A DNA stretch of 63,537 nucleotides, counting the filler, from Licmophora abbreviata (lineage: Eukaryota): NCBI GenBank assembly GCA_900291995.1. It is 33 parts of 33 records of this genome, joined end to end, with 100 filler letters (N's around TTAATTAATTAA, not from the genome) between each part and the next. Parts side by side here need not be neighbours in the genome. Positions count along the whole stretch, not along the records: positions 10,768 to 12,794 come from OLMU01006466.1; positions 12,895 to 13,935 come from OLMU01006468.1; positions 14,036 to 16,047 come from OLMU01006469.1; positions 16,148 to 18,155 come from OLMU01006470.1; positions 18,256 to 20,243 come from OLMU01006471.1; positions 20,344 to 22,281 come from OLMU01006472.1; positions 22,382 to 24,309 come from OLMU01006473.1; 26 more parts are not named here. One strand, 5' to 3'. The first letter of the stretch is position 1, and each line of letters opens with the position of its first letter. Below the pieces are notes generated by a model, which made no database searches, was not told where the DNA came from, and saw only the letters and a list, made by a program, of their open reading frames with translations. This document shows positions 11,198 to 24,409 of this stretch, piece by piece. The position numbers were made by a program, and so were the translations under genes.

Positions 11198-12794
11198 ATG
11201 GACCGCGAATGGAGAGTACAAATGCAGGCCTTGGACGAGGAGCGAAGGGCTCCCTGGACCCCCAAAAGCATTATCGTTCCGGCAGAACTCCGCGATGGGA
11301 CGGGGAATAACATTGAGATCAAGTCGATCAATCTTATCGATTACATCGGAGATGACTCTCCCATGAACAAGACGATAAAGACAGATCATTGCGCGAAGCT
11401 CCAAGGGCATGGTGCTCCCATCGTTTTCCCCTCCATTCGAAATTGGGGAGCGGAGTCGCGTGACGAAATAACACGACACTTGGTCCGAGCGTGCGCATCT
11501 GAAGAGGGCTTTGCGTTGGTTTGCAAAGGATGGGAGAGGCAACGCAACCGTGTTGTGTATAAATGTGCGCGAGGAAAGCTTCACCAGGCCCACGACAACA
11601 AGTATGATGAAAAGGCTGGAGAATGGGGGTCCCAAGTCCGACGTACAAAAACAGCACTACCAACATTGACAGAGGACCTATGCGGATTTCATTTCAGCTT
11701 CAGGTTCAACCACGAATGCAGATACTGGTACTTTGTCACCGGAACTGGGTCAAGGGCTCATGAAAATCACATTCAGAAACGGCCTGGGGAGATTCGATCC
11801 AGTTTTGCTCTGATGCGTGACAAAGAGCACAAGCTTGCCAGGTCCACTGTTTCTATCAATGCACCGCCCCAAGCGGTGCAAGCCCTCATGCAAACCCATA
11901 CTGGTCTATCTCTATCTTCCAGACAGATTGAGCACTTAGCAAGAAAGATGCGGGATGGTGACGCTGTCGTTGAATCGGGAAGTAGGGGGCAAACTGCTGC
12001 AGACAAGCTACTCGAATATCTCCGAGGCGACTCGTCAATTAGTTTCGTTGCTGTCTACGACGATGATCCAGAGTCATCTCTACTGTCCGTGAAGAACAAG
12101 GGACGACCCAAACGATCTAATTCAAGAAAGAAGCGCAAGTCACCTGTGAAGCACCATTCGAGTGCAAGCAAGTCCCGGATTTTTGTCGCCGTTCGAGAAT
12201 CTGGTGTCGACGAGGAAGAGCAGCTTGTGCGCAACATTGACACGGCAATCTGGAACGACGAGGTGGAGTCAGCCGAGCAGTATGCCACACGAGTACGCAA
12301 ACAGATGAAACTAGGTAATGGCAAGTTGCTACTTGCGGTAGCTTGGGCTACTGACGACGAACGACGTCTTTTTGGTTGCTTTCCAGAGTTCGTTGCAGGC
12401 GACGTAACTTTGCAAACAAATACGGAGAAGCGTCCACTTTTTCAGTTGGCAGGGAAAACTGGCGCAAACAAGACATTCACTGCACTCAAAGCCTATCTAC
12501 CATCAGAAGGGAAGTGGGTTTTCAACTGGCTTTGGAGTACTGCCCTCCCTCGACTCCATATGCAATCGGCTTTAGATCGGGTCCGACTGTGTCTAACCGA
12601 CGGCGACGAGAAGGAGTATATCCCATTGGAAGATGCAATTGAGAGTGGTGTTCTGTATGGCTGCCAACATGCTCTATGTGTTTGGCACAAGATAAATCGG
12701 GGAATGAAGGCCAAGAAACTATTTCGACCCAGCAATTCGATATTGGGAAAAGCTTACTTTGATGTCCTTGAACGGTGGTTGTGGTCATGGACCG
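11198..12794 (+). mobile_element. Mutator-like (MULE) transposase, 3'-truncated
   Basis: FPEFVAGDVTLQTNTEKRPL (first Asp), LCLTDGD (second Asp), HALCVWH (CxxH); N-terminal C..H.NH WRKY/FAR1-like finger. Confidence 0.85.
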
Positions 12795-13304
12795 NNNNNN
12801 NNNNNNNNNNNNNNNNNNNNNNNNNNNNNNNNNNNNNNTTAATTAATTAANNNNNNNNNNNNNNNNNNNNNNNNNNNNNNNNNNNNNNNNNNNNGTGGCC
12901 GCGCGAGAAGTGAAGCGCGCGAAACGGAATCTGGAATTCGGAACTTCATGTCATTCTACGACAGATACTAACGGAATCCGGAATTCGGAACTTTCACCGT
13001 CACTCCCAAATGCCGCACCCAGCTCCCACGACAAGTCCCTTTCGCACTTCCGCAACCAGCTCGACCACCAATCCCCCTTCATGTTTCATCTTCTTTTTCA
13101 TTTCCTTTACCAGCTCCGACCACCAATCCCTTTTGCATGTCCGTTTCTCTTTTGCATGTCCATTCCCCCCTCCAGTTTCATCCCAATTTTCATTTTCATC
13201 CCCCCTTCCTGATTCCCCTTCCAGTTTCATTCACTTTTTCATTTTCTTCCCCCCGCCCTAATCCCCCGTTCCCGTCTTGATCCCGTCTCCCGTTAAAACC
13301 CGAA

Positions 13305-13340
13305 CCCTAACCCTAACCCTAACCCTAACCCTAACCCTAA
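13305..13340 (+). repeat. Interstitial telomere repeat (CCCTAA)6; two further units at 13905-13916
   Basis: Read directly from the sequence. Confidence 0.9.
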
Positions 13341-13774
13341 ATGGAGTCGGGGTGTGAGTATTGATGGAGTAATGGGATTTTGTGAATTGCCACACAAAAT
13401 CCTTACCAAGACTGCTGTTGGTGGGGTGAAGCCAAAGTGTGAACTTGATCAGGTCACAACTTGTTCAATTCTCAATGGACTTCCGTTCTGATTGTCGTAT
13501 CGTCCTCGTAGGGTGATTTCCGATAATACAGGTAAGTGGCTTGTGAGATGGGTCCAAATTGGTAAAGAGATAGAGAAACAAGAACAAGGTCTGTATGTGT
13601 GTTGTGTGTGATGTGTGCTGTGTGGTGTGTGGTGGGTGATCCTTGTTCCTTGTTCCTTGTTCTTTTTTGAGTACAGCATTTGGTGATTGTTGATTCCAAT
13701 ATCATACTCAGTATCATACTATGATATACAACAAACATGACACATTGGATTGGAGTGGGCTGGTCATTTGTCAT

Positions 13775-13835
13775 TCAGTCAGTATGTCAGTCAGTCAGTC
13801 AGTATGTCAGTATGTCTGTCAGTCAGTCAGTCAGT
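13775..13835. repeat. Imperfect (CAGT)n microsatellite
   Basis: cagtcagtatgtcagtcagtcagtcagt... Confidence 0.8.
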
Positions 13836-14035
13836 GGCTGGCAGATTGTTAGGATTAATAGGGGACAAGCTATTTTTTTCCTTCTCAGGCCCTGTGCGGA
13901 GCAACCCTAACCCTAACAGGAGAAAAACCATATATNNNNNNNNNNNNNNNNNNNNNNNNNNNNNNNNNNNNNNNNNNNNTTAATTAATTAANNNNNNNNN
14001 NNNNNNNNNNNNNNNNNNNNNNNNNNNNNNNNNNN

Positions 14036-15938
14036 GGGGTAGAAGCCCGATTCCGTAGGCAAACATGGCAAGTGGATCGCCCTGTGTGACACCTTCCTTA
14101 CTGTGGATGAAGGTGCCTGTGCCGTGGTCGCTGCGGATCACGAGTGTTGCCCAGTGTTTGTAACAATTGAACGTAAACCTGGCTCCTTCAGGCCACTCGT
14201 GTCGAATCACCCACAACATGGTGGTTCGATTCCCTTCATTGAATGCGTTGCGCGCATCAATCAGTAGAAATCCCCATTCTTCTTCGTCCTTGTGTAGTTG
14301 CCACAAATGCTCAACTGCATGGATGGCGCCTTCAATTCCTGCCTCGAGGCCGGCACAAAGCTGGTCTGTTGCGCAGGTTTCTTTTGCGTCTTTTCCACAG
14401 ACTTGAAGAATGGATTTGGCGATTAAACGCCGCCAAGTTTCCCCGACACCAACTGGACGGATGCCAGGCATTTTGTCCAACGCCAGCAAACGACCCGATA
14501 GGAGTGCCCTAATCGCCGCCCAGGGGACGGTGTCGTTTGCCATCCAGCTTCCAAAATTCGCGATCGTCTCACGAAGGTGTTTGCTGGTATCTCCGAATCG
14601 CAACAGCCAATGGGAGACGGCGTGAGCATCTGAACCTCCTAGTCCAGCGCTCCCAGATAGTCGTCGAGCAACCTTTTCGACTGTATCTGCGGTGATGTCA
14701 AGGTCGACGAATTCAGGAATTTCGTCGTATTTGGGGAGTGTAGAGGGGATTCGAGCGTCGGGATGCTTCGCTTCCAATACTTCCTCTACTGTGTCACCGG
14801 TTTTCTCGTCGATGTCATCTGGCATCAACACTCCACCTTTCTCGGTTTCGGTCAAGTATTTGACCGCACCTCGAATGTCGCCTCGAAGCATCTTCGAATT
14901 GAAGATCTTGGCTCGCTGCTCGGCGCTTAGTCCACTTCGCTTTTTAGCAAGGTGTTGTTGCATGTCTCGTTCAGTTGATTGAACAAGCATGGCGAACTTT
15001 CCTTGCTCCCAAGCATTCATCCTCCATTCGAGTCGACTCTTAATGTCCTTTGCTGTCTTCACGTTCTTCGTGCGCTGCAAGATCACCATTTGGACAATCA
15101 AAAATTTCTCGCTGTTACATTTGCGATCCATCGTCTCTTTCAGTATGTTGTTGAGCATTGAAACGAATCGTCGTCCGACTCTTCCTTTCGGTGCGTCATA
15201 CTGATCGGTGGGGTAAACTATTAGGCGGTTGTAATAGTTCTGCCACGATTGGTCATCGGCGATGCCTCCATCCAAGTGCTTTCCGTTGTTCTGATGGACG
15301 TGGTCTCCATAGACTTTGTCCATCATTCGGTCCGTCTCTGTGATGGTGGCACCGGGTAAGTCGCCAATGTTTGTTCGCTCATGTTCTTCCTCCACCTCCT
15401 TTGCCTCTTCATCTTTTTCGTCGTTCTTCGCTGACGAATTTCCTTCAGGCTCCTGGGTTCCCCTAGATCTCTCGTCCTGTTCTCCCGACTGGGACGAGGT
15501 GTCTTTGTTGTAGTTGTCTTCAACAGCTGTCGACGTCGTCGTCTCGTTACAACTCTTCTGCTTCGTCGGTGACACGATTTCGATAACTTCCGATTTCGGG
15601 GCCGACGTTTCGCCATTAGTCGGTTTGGAAGTCTTGATCGGGACACAGTAAGGGTTCTTCAGGTGTGGCTTTCTTGAACACTGTGCGATACAATCACAAT
15701 TGATGCAATCGCGTTCGGCAACAACACACTCGCATCGTTTCGTCTTGCATTTCGACAGTTTGGTGCAGCTACAGCACCGATTTTCATGCAGCAAATTCGA
15801 TGAGATGTTGTTTGGTGTCCATGTAGGCCCTGGAGATCCTTGTTTGACTCTCTTTGGCTCAGGTTTCGATGGAGTGTTGTCGTGAAGACCATGGTCAATC
15901 CTCTTCCGACCAAGGTCTTTTTCGACCGTTGCCATCAC
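14036..15938 (-). mobile_element. Non-LTR retrotransposon ORF, CRE-like RT with N-terminal Cys cluster, 3'-truncated
   Basis: IRPVGVGETWRRLIAK, QLCAGLEAGIEGAIHA, LIDARNAFN, GVTQGDPLAM; no APE domain before the RT. Confidence 0.85.
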
Positions 15939-16147
15939 TTACTCTGGCTTTCTGTATGCTAGATTATTCGCTAGCGTCTAGTCGTGAGTCAAATTCAAAA
16001 TGCCGCATGACGATTTTCAATTTGGTTGCCTTCTCTTTATTATTGTANNNNNNNNNNNNNNNNNNNNNNNNNNNNNNNNNNNNNNNNNNNNTTAATTAAT
16101 TAANNNNNNNNNNNNNNNNNNNNNNNNNNNNNNNNNNNNNNNNNNNN

Positions 16148-16290
16148 GGGGCTCTGGGCTCTGGTTTCGTTGGGGCTCTGGGCTCTGGTTTCGTTGGGGC
16201 TCTGGGCTCTGGTTTCGTTGGGGCTCTAGGCTCTGGTTTCGTTGGGGCTCTGGGCTCTGGTTTCGTTGGGGCTCTGGGCTCTGGCTTAGT
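16148..16290. repeat. 24-bp tandem repeat encoding PTKPEPRA
   Basis: Unit ggggctctgggctctggtttcgtt repeated to the contig edge. Confidence 0.9.
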
Positions 16291-17341
16291 GGGTGCTCGA
16301 GGCGCAGTCGGCGCCTTTGGAGTCTTCGACGCTTTGGTAGTCGGCGCGCGAGGGACAGTCGCTTTCGGTGTTTTGGGTCCCTTGGAAATTGGGGCACGAG
16401 GAACACTCGCCTTGGGTACCTTGGCAGTCGGTGCACGAGGAACTGTCGCCTTGGGCATCTTTGGACTCTTGGAAGTCGGTGCACGAGGGAGAGTCGCCTT
16501 TGGTGTCTTGGAACTCTTGGAAATTGGGGCACGAGGTGTAGTTGGAGCCTTTGGCGTCTTGGGTCCCTTGGCAATGGGTGCACGAGGAACAGTCGCCTTC
16601 GGCGTTTTTGGTCCCTTGGAACTCGGTGCACGTGGCGTAGTCGGAGACTTTGGAGTCTTGGATTTGGGCGCCTTCCCAACCGGGGCTACTCGTTCAACCG
16701 TGGGCACAGGGGTTGGCTTCGGCGTCGGCTTCGGCGTCGGTTTCGGCGTTGGCTGATGAGCAACGAGGGAACGAACAAATGTCAAACCACCTGAGACATC
16801 AATAGATACCGCATCGCGACACAAGCATGTGATTGACTTACAGGAACTCGTACAAGGGTGGGAGCCAACGTAGTTGGGGATGGCGTCGGGTCCGGGGTAG
16901 GCACAGGCGTCGGCTCTGGCGTCGGGTTCGGGGTAGGTGCAGGTGTCGGCGCTGGCGTCGGGTTCGGGGTAGGTGCAGGTGTCGGCGCTGGCGTCGGGTC
17001 CGGGGTAGGTGCGGGTGTCGGCGCTGGCGTCGGGTCCGGGTAGGTGCGGGTGTAGGTGCAGGTGTCGGGTCCGGGGTAGGTGCGGGTGTAGGTGCAGGCG
17101 TCGGTGCTGGCGTCGGGTCCGGGGTAGGTGCGGGCGTAGGTGCTGGCGTCGGCGCTGGCGTCGGGTCCGGGGTAGGTGCAGGAGTCGGGATTGGAGTGGG
17201 CTCTGGTGTAGGGTCAACACGAGGGGCCGTGGGCTGGGGTTTAGGCTTGGAGTCGCGAGTCAAGCTTCTGGGCCTCACGCCTTGTCCATGGGCAACACCA
17301 AGAGCCCATAGGAGCACGGGCGTAACGTAATAGACCTTCAT
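16148..17341 (-). CDS. Secreted Pro/Thr/Lys-rich repeat protein (silaffin-like), intron 16753..16841, 3'-truncated
   Basis: Signal peptide, RSL, (PTPA/PTPD)n, KxxKxxK repeats, (PTKPEPRA)n; GTAAGT..CAG phase-0 intron; 1-nt deletion in a G-run near 17038. Confidence 0.75.
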
Positions 17342-18350
17342 GATGGATGGAACTACCAGTGAAGATCAAGCGAACCCTCAATGAGATGAAGAAATGAGTG
17401 AGAACTCTACTGATATTGCGGTGGCGACAAAGTCTGATAAGATGAGCCGGAGATGTGTGTGCGCTTCTGGGAGTCTTGCGTAGAGAAGCCATCCATCATT
17501 AAGTAATCTTATTATGATGGCTATAGCCATGAAGTACTAATTCAAATTCAATCCCCGACCGACCCGCCTATTCACAGATGATCTGCATTGCAGATGATCT
17601 ATCTTCTATATACGTGCCTTAGTACATATATAATCTCGACCCTTCCCAAGACTGGCTCGACTTGACTCGACTCGACTGAAATAATTGCGAAGTCGAAAAT
17701 AGACTTGAAAGTATTACCGCCGCGGCGAGTGCTTGAATTTGTACTTCGTCTGACGTCTTGAGGTGTTGGCGCCAATACAATGAGGCTTCGTGGCGAGGCG
17801 CTGATCGATGGCAAGATTGCCGCCCGGGAGCTGTGGTCTCCTCGAAGAAGGAGCTATGGAAGTCTAGAGGAAGTGAAGCAACTTAGTAGTATCAGTCACC
17901 GTCGTTGGTCGCTCGTGGTCTAGTACTACTTCTGTACTACTCGTATTGCTCGCCGCAGCAGTCGGTGGTATCAGAGCGACGTTGTCGAGAGATTGACGTG
18001 GATCATGACATTATCAGATTATTGACAACGATTTCAATTGATTGCGTAATTCAATTGGCGGGGCATCATAGCTATCTCAGGGGGGTCTGACTATGAGGAA
18101 GCAAGTAGCTATTGACAAGGAAGACAGCTGTCGGCGGTCTATTACTCTTTTGTATNNNNNNNNNNNNNNNNNNNNNNNNNNNNNNNNNNNNNNNNNNNNT
18201 TAATTAATTAANNNNNNNNNNNNNNNNNNNNNNNNNNNNNNNNNNNNNNNNNNNNTGTCGCGATGGGCATAATGAAAAGCCGATGCTCGCTGCGCCTCAT
18301 CTCATTCTACATGCTGATTGCTATTACCTCTTCTTATTTTAGTCAACAGC

Positions 18351-20243
18351 ATGGAAAAGCGCGTACTTCTATTCCTTCCTTTGTTCGTATGTGTGTTGGC
18401 ACTCTGTACGGGCCGCAATGCATTGAAGGAGATCCAGCAGTTTTATGAACCGTCTGAAAAACGAGGAGAGAGCCAAAGTATGACTGCTGGCATCAACATG
18501 CCTCAATCTCACGATCATCCCTCGCTCCCCACAAGCAGTCAGGAGAAACGTCGCGACCAAACAACCATGACATCTTCTGTCTCTGATCATGATGCACGGC
18601 ACAACTCGACGCTGTCTGAAGCGCACACGAGAAACATACTGAAACCATTTGGAGTCGCGCAGTATCACATTTTCCGCAACTCATCCACTCCCAAAGATAC
18701 ACTTCCCATAGTAATGCTTGTACACCACAGAGAGTTTTACGGTGGGTGTCACACTTTTGAGCGTTTCTTTCATCCCAAATGGGAAACCATCGTTGTCGTT
18801 GGTTCCGAGATGGCGAGCAGATACAGGCTGACGGAGCTTGCCAAACGTTCTGGAAGTCCTGCAGTTCACCTGGCGCTCCTCAATTCTAGCATGTCGGGTG
18901 AGTGGCTGGGAAGACAAATCGCGATGAAGATCTTAAGCCATCAGGATGGGAGCTCGCCCCCATTGATATTGTCGGGTCACTGCGACATTCATCCATTGCC
19001 CGAATGGCATAATCTACACAAGCCCTTCGATCAGATCGTGTCAAGGATGGTCCACGAATTTCTCGAAGAAGACCGACTGAACCAAATGCAGCAGACTAAC
19101 GTCAACGAGTTTTACCACACGTGGACGTCGACACCGCTCGACAAGAACATTTGTGGACCTGTGTTCGACGACAAATATAGACCGCTTCTCGGGGTGAATG
19201 TGGCCATGGTGGAGAACTTGCCATCGACCCAAACGTTGTCGGGCTCCAAATTTCACGGCGTCCAAGTAGGCTTGACGAAGCGGTGGACCAACATGCATTC
19301 GAGACCAGAAGCGCTTCCTACGAACAAACCTTGGATGAGCGATGTATCGTCATGGATGGAGGATCACTTTGCGATCTACAACTACACTCTCCTAGCCACG
19401 ATTGTCGACAATATCGCCCAGGTTTTCCCAACAGTGTCTTCCGGTCCAAAGGTGATACCTTACTTGTTGTGCAAGAAGGGATGGAAAACAGTTCGCCTGA
19501 ATGACGAACCAATGTTCTTTGACATTGCCAAATCTTCGTATCAATCCTTCGGTCCTTCAGGGACTGTTTCATTGTTCGACCCATCCAAATACCCTCCCTC
19601 AGTGCCTCTGGATTGGCTATATCGTCGGACAGTGCACGACCTAGTACAAGTAAACTCCCCCCTGGGCTGTCTGCGCGAACACATGGGACTTCGCGCCAAG
19701 GCCGACATCCACGTGAACGTAGCTTGCATCCTTCGGAGGCACTTCCAACGGAGCCATGTCCCCGCCGAGCTATGGACAGGAACGATTGGGGAGAACGATT
19801 TGCTTATCGAAGCGATCATGCAACTGCATGGATACGAGCTTTTGCGGCGAACTGAAGAGTCTCTGGACTTTATCTCCATCCCAACGCTTAAGACTGTACC
19901 ATTTGACTTGATGCTGGAAGGCCTACTGAATGGCACAAAGGGCATCATCTCGAGCGCTGTGCCCGGCAAAGACGTCAGCTTGATTGGCTTGATACGAAAC
20001 AGCACAGTGACGCCAGCCTCATTCTTTCTAGGCGATCAACTACGCTCGAATAGTATCATCAGGTCTGTTGGCAATAAAAGAAACCATGAGCTGTATGCCA
20101 GCTTCACCCTTCGAGTGTGTGAGCTGTTGAAGCCCTCGTACGACTGGAATGCGACTAGTTTTCTGGTGAAGCGAAGTGACATATTGAGAATCCTCGAGCC
20201 GGTTGCGGACATGTGCCGTTCTGGCTTTGACTGGGAAGCTGCG
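18351..20243 (+). CDS. Hypothetical protein with N-terminal signal or anchor, 3'-truncated
   Basis: More than 600 open codons; MEKRVLLFLPLFVCVLALC start. Confidence 0.7.
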
Positions 20244-20946
20244 NNNNNNNNNNNNNNNNNNNNNNNNNNNNNNNNNNNNNNNNNNNNTTAATTAATTAAN
20301 NNNNNNNNNNNNNNNNNNNNNNNNNNNNNNNNNNNNNNNNNNNAATGCCTTCCTCCGTCGATGCGTAGTATCATTCGCAGTGGTTGTGGTCGTGCTGTGC
20401 TGGTACGATACGATATCATACAGTGCCGCATTGCTTCCCTCTCTCGCTCCGTGTCGGCGGCAAGTTTTCGAACGCGCCGCGCAACGAGAACGGTCTGTGC
20501 ACTGCCCGTATCAAGTGAGAGCACCCGAGCTAATCCAATCTCAAATCGTGCCTATGAATTGATTGATTGATTCATTCGAGAGTCGTTCAGAAAGATACTT
20601 TAGATTCCAATCGATGTTCCAAGCATGATGTTCAAGGTTTCTGTAGTCCTGCTGAGCCTGACGACACTGACTGCAGCTTACAGCAAACACACCGAGGCCA
20701 ATGAAGAAGCGACGAGAGACCGGCATTATCCTCTCACCACGGTGACTCGCCAGAACCAGGCTCTTGGGATCTGCCACATCTGGAAATCCACCCGGCAACG
20801 TCATTGTGTACCAATGGTAGCCATAGCTGCAATGCAAGCGGAATTCAGAGTTGTCGATGAAAGGATTGCAATGGAGAGTGTCTATACGAGTGGTCCCTCC
20901 GCAGCTGTCTACTCTACACCATAGGATCCATCTTTCAATTGCTCTG

Positions 20947-22281
20947 CTAGTATCTATCCACGCACTGAAAAGTCTCGTTACTCAGTTCCCGCACCAGAGC
21001 AATCCCAGTCACGCGAAACGGGTGCTCGCTGTCATTTTGGGTGGGTACAAAGTGCAAGGTCACGGCTCCCGCCTCCACATGTCCCACATAAGCTTGTCGG
21101 TTCAAGTGACAGGCTTCTGTTGCCCTCGGCACCACCGTGACGGCGCTTTCCTTTTGACCATTCAGATACACCCGTGTACTGGGGTATCCAGGGGACCGAC
21201 CATATCGCGGGCCCATCTGCATGTACCACACATAAACATCGCTTGCGGCGTCACTAGACACCGTGAGATGGCCGCTCCCGTCGAACGGCGTCTCCAATGC
21301 ACACTTGTGACGTAGTTCATCAAACTGCACTAGCTCCAAGTTGTGTTCCACTACCTCTGGATTCTTTCCATACTGCTCTTTTGTCTCCACACCCTCTGAA
21401 AGGTAGAACCAGGACACGCATATGTCCTTGCTCTCCTCATCCCATTCTCGTACGTTGTCGTGGCGCTTCAAATCAGGAACATGTGTTAGCAGCAGCTGTC
21501 GGATGCGCGATGCAATCTCCTCATTCCCCGCGTCATTCGGGTGCGACGTGTCAGCTGAAAAATACTTTGCATTTCTCCACACAAACTCTCTAGGATCTTC
21601 AAAGTCATCTGGAAATTGCAATATCAACGTCCCATAACACTGGCGAATCTTCTCTACTCTAGGGAGACGATCTGCCTTCGTCCAGAACTTCCTGGGCGTT
21701 TGCAGGATGCGCTCTCGCAGTCGCTCGTCGTCATCAAGATCGTCAAGGCTGAGATGTTCCGATTCGAGCCACGATTTCAAACCAGTGCCATTGGACACCC
21801 TAACGCTACCAAGGGCCCTAATCTGCAGCAGAATAATGACTGCGGAAGGAAAGCGCCTTCGTTGTCGTGCCACGACCCTCCGTACCGTGTCAATATTTTT
21901 GCGACCCATCGTCTCTTGGACAATGACATCAAAGGTATCATTTCCCAGCATAGAATACAGACAAGCGGCAGGATACTCGGGTGAAGTTGCTCCCATGCCA
22001 AGATTGAGGGAATTTTGTGGAGAAAGAAGCTTGATGAAGGTCTGAACAGCGGGCATGCAGTAATAGAGTAGAGCGAGAGTTTGGTGAGTGTTCAGCTGCA
22101 TATTACTGTATCATAGAAAAACCATGGTCTGCTTTGCTATCTTCTTACCTTGGTACTTCTGTCAGATACTCCTGTTCCCCAGGTACGAGAAGATCCAAAC
22201 GCGACGAAACGAAGGTTCGAAATACTTTTTGTTGTGAGCTTGGACGATTGTTCGCCATCGATGGTACGCCCGGCAAGGAAA
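20947..22281 (-). CDS. SGNH/GDSL-hydrolase-like protein, intron 22042..22148, 5'-truncated
   Basis: Block I FVAFGSSRTWG, block II NLGMGATSP, block V DTSHPNDAG; GTAAG..CAG intron. Confidence 0.65.
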
Positions 22282-22574
22282 NNNNNNNNNNNNNNNNNNN
22301 NNNNNNNNNNNNNNNNNNNNNNNNNTTAATTAATTAANNNNNNNNNNNNNNNNNNNNNNNNNNNNNNNNNNNNNNNNNNNNGCATGTTGAATAAAATTGA
22401 TGTTAAAAAGCAAACTAATTTCGATACGAGACAGAGAGTGTTGACCAGCGAAAGGAACATGAATTGAGTCAGCACCACAATTTCGTGTAGATTTATACGT
22501 TATTGGTCAAAGCTCTCTAGTACTTAAGTCCTCGTAGGTTTCTACGCGGTTTTTGTTCTCGTCCACCTGGACCA

Positions 22575-24309
22575 TGATGCTCTCGACGGCCGCTATGGCG
22601 GCAGGCGACGCACCGCCCCCACCCTGGCAACAGCCACATGGCATGCCCCAAGCCCAGGAAGGTCTCTGGGGAGAAGTCCCCAGCTTTTCGTCCATGAAAC
22701 GGTTCGATACGCCAACACCGACGCAACGAAGCGCGATAAGCCTTTTACGAGTCACGTACCACACCCCTAGGCAGTGCTACCGCCTCTCCACCATCGCCCT
22801 CCTTGCGAGCCTTTGGCAAACGGACCCATCGATGACCATTCTACCCCTGGATCAGAACGACTCTAAAACGTCGGAGATCACAACCAAAGCCAACCTCCAA
22901 CAAATGGACCCCATGCAGCTGGAGAAGTATCTCTCCATTGAAACGCGGTCGGTGAACCGAGGCCAGCAAACCATGCAACTAGGAACAGTACTTTTTCGCG
23001 GACGCTTCCAAAAGAGTTTAGGCCAGATGAAATGGAACAACGGTAGCCCGACCCCCTTCATGTCTCTCCTAAAACAGAACCAAACGATGATCCAAATCGC
23101 CAAAAGCTCGAAATTCGTCGCCACCACGATGGTAGGTTGGATCTATGGTGTTGGTACGGATCGGAAAAAGAAATGCAAGAATGGATCACTCAGCAGTACT
23201 ATGAGAAGCACGGAACGGAAACCTCCATGGACCCCTTTGAGATCGTCGTACGCACTTTCGGAACCCGTAAGGCTGATGGCACAAAAACCAGAGCCTTTGC
23301 CATCTACAGCTCCCCAACGAACGCCACAAATCTTCGCGACAAGATTGGCAACTGCCTCCCAGTGACAAACAAAGAGAGTATCGGTTTTATCCCGCGCAGC
23401 GAAATTACCGATGACATGGAACAGTTGGTATTCACTCATCAGAACTTCATTCTTAGCAAACAACAGGCGGTCCGTCTTGTTGGGGTTACGGATAAAAACG
23501 CAGAAATGATATGGACGAACAATCAAGGTGAATCATACTCGACGACTGTTGAACATGTGCTCACACAGTTGTTTGCGGAACATGCCCCGGAAACCCACAC
23601 GACCATTTTGGAGGGAAAGAGCGGAAACTCAATCCACATTGTGTTCGAATCAAAGGACGAGAAGGAAGCAATGCAGCATAAGCACCAGATAACTCAAGCA
23701 GTTAAGGAACTTACTGTGTACCTCCGTGAAAATCCCACGGAAGCGGAAAAGATCAAAAACGAAACGTCGAAGTTCATCTTCGTCCCCAAAGCCAGCGACG
23801 GACGAGTGTACAGGAAGGAAGATTTCCCTCTGATGACCGGCCTTATGAATACCTTCGGGAATCCACAGTCAAGCGAATCGAAACATCCTCCACCACAGAC
23901 GACTCCGACACACCAGTATCATCCGCGCCACGTTACTCCAACCGGTAACAGGAACAGTGACCACCCCACCTCATACGCACAGGCAGCCGGCAGTACCACA
24001 GCAACACCGTCTTCGCTCACGACTCCAGGGGAATTGGCCGACAAGCACTCCTTGATGGACCGTATGCAGGTACTTCAGGAAGACTCCAACAACAAACTGG
24101 AGGTACTCGAAGCCAAATTCACTAAGCTTATGCAGGACCAAGCCAACGCCAATGAGACTCAGAACCAGAAGGCGCAACAAGAACATCGAGACTGGCAGAC
24201 GGGAATTGAACAAGCAATGGCAACTCAGAACGACGCTCTCCAGAAATGCATGGCGATGATGACCACTCTTCTTGAACAAGCAGAACAGGCATCATCCTTC
24301 TCTCCCGTA
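22575..24309 (+). mobile_element. Probable ORF1 of a non-LTR retrotransposon, frameshift near 23150
   Basis: Two overlapping long ORFs; SYAQAA motif, Pro-rich linker and C-terminal coiled coil; no enzyme motif, so the call is an inference. Confidence 0.4.
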
Positions 24310-24409
24310 NNNNNNNNNNNNNNNNNNNNNNNNNNNNNNNNNNNNNNNNNNNNTTAATTAATTAANNNNNNNNNNNNNNNNNNNNNNNNNNNNNNNNNNN
24401 NNNNNNNNN

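Noticed and set aside
13305..15938. Telomere repeats beside a CRE-like retrotransposon, suggesting telomere targeting
   Set aside because: Different contigs separated by a linker; contig order reflects size sorting.
16148..17200. CRISPR-like repeat array
   Set aside because: No unique spacers; these are in-frame coding repeats.
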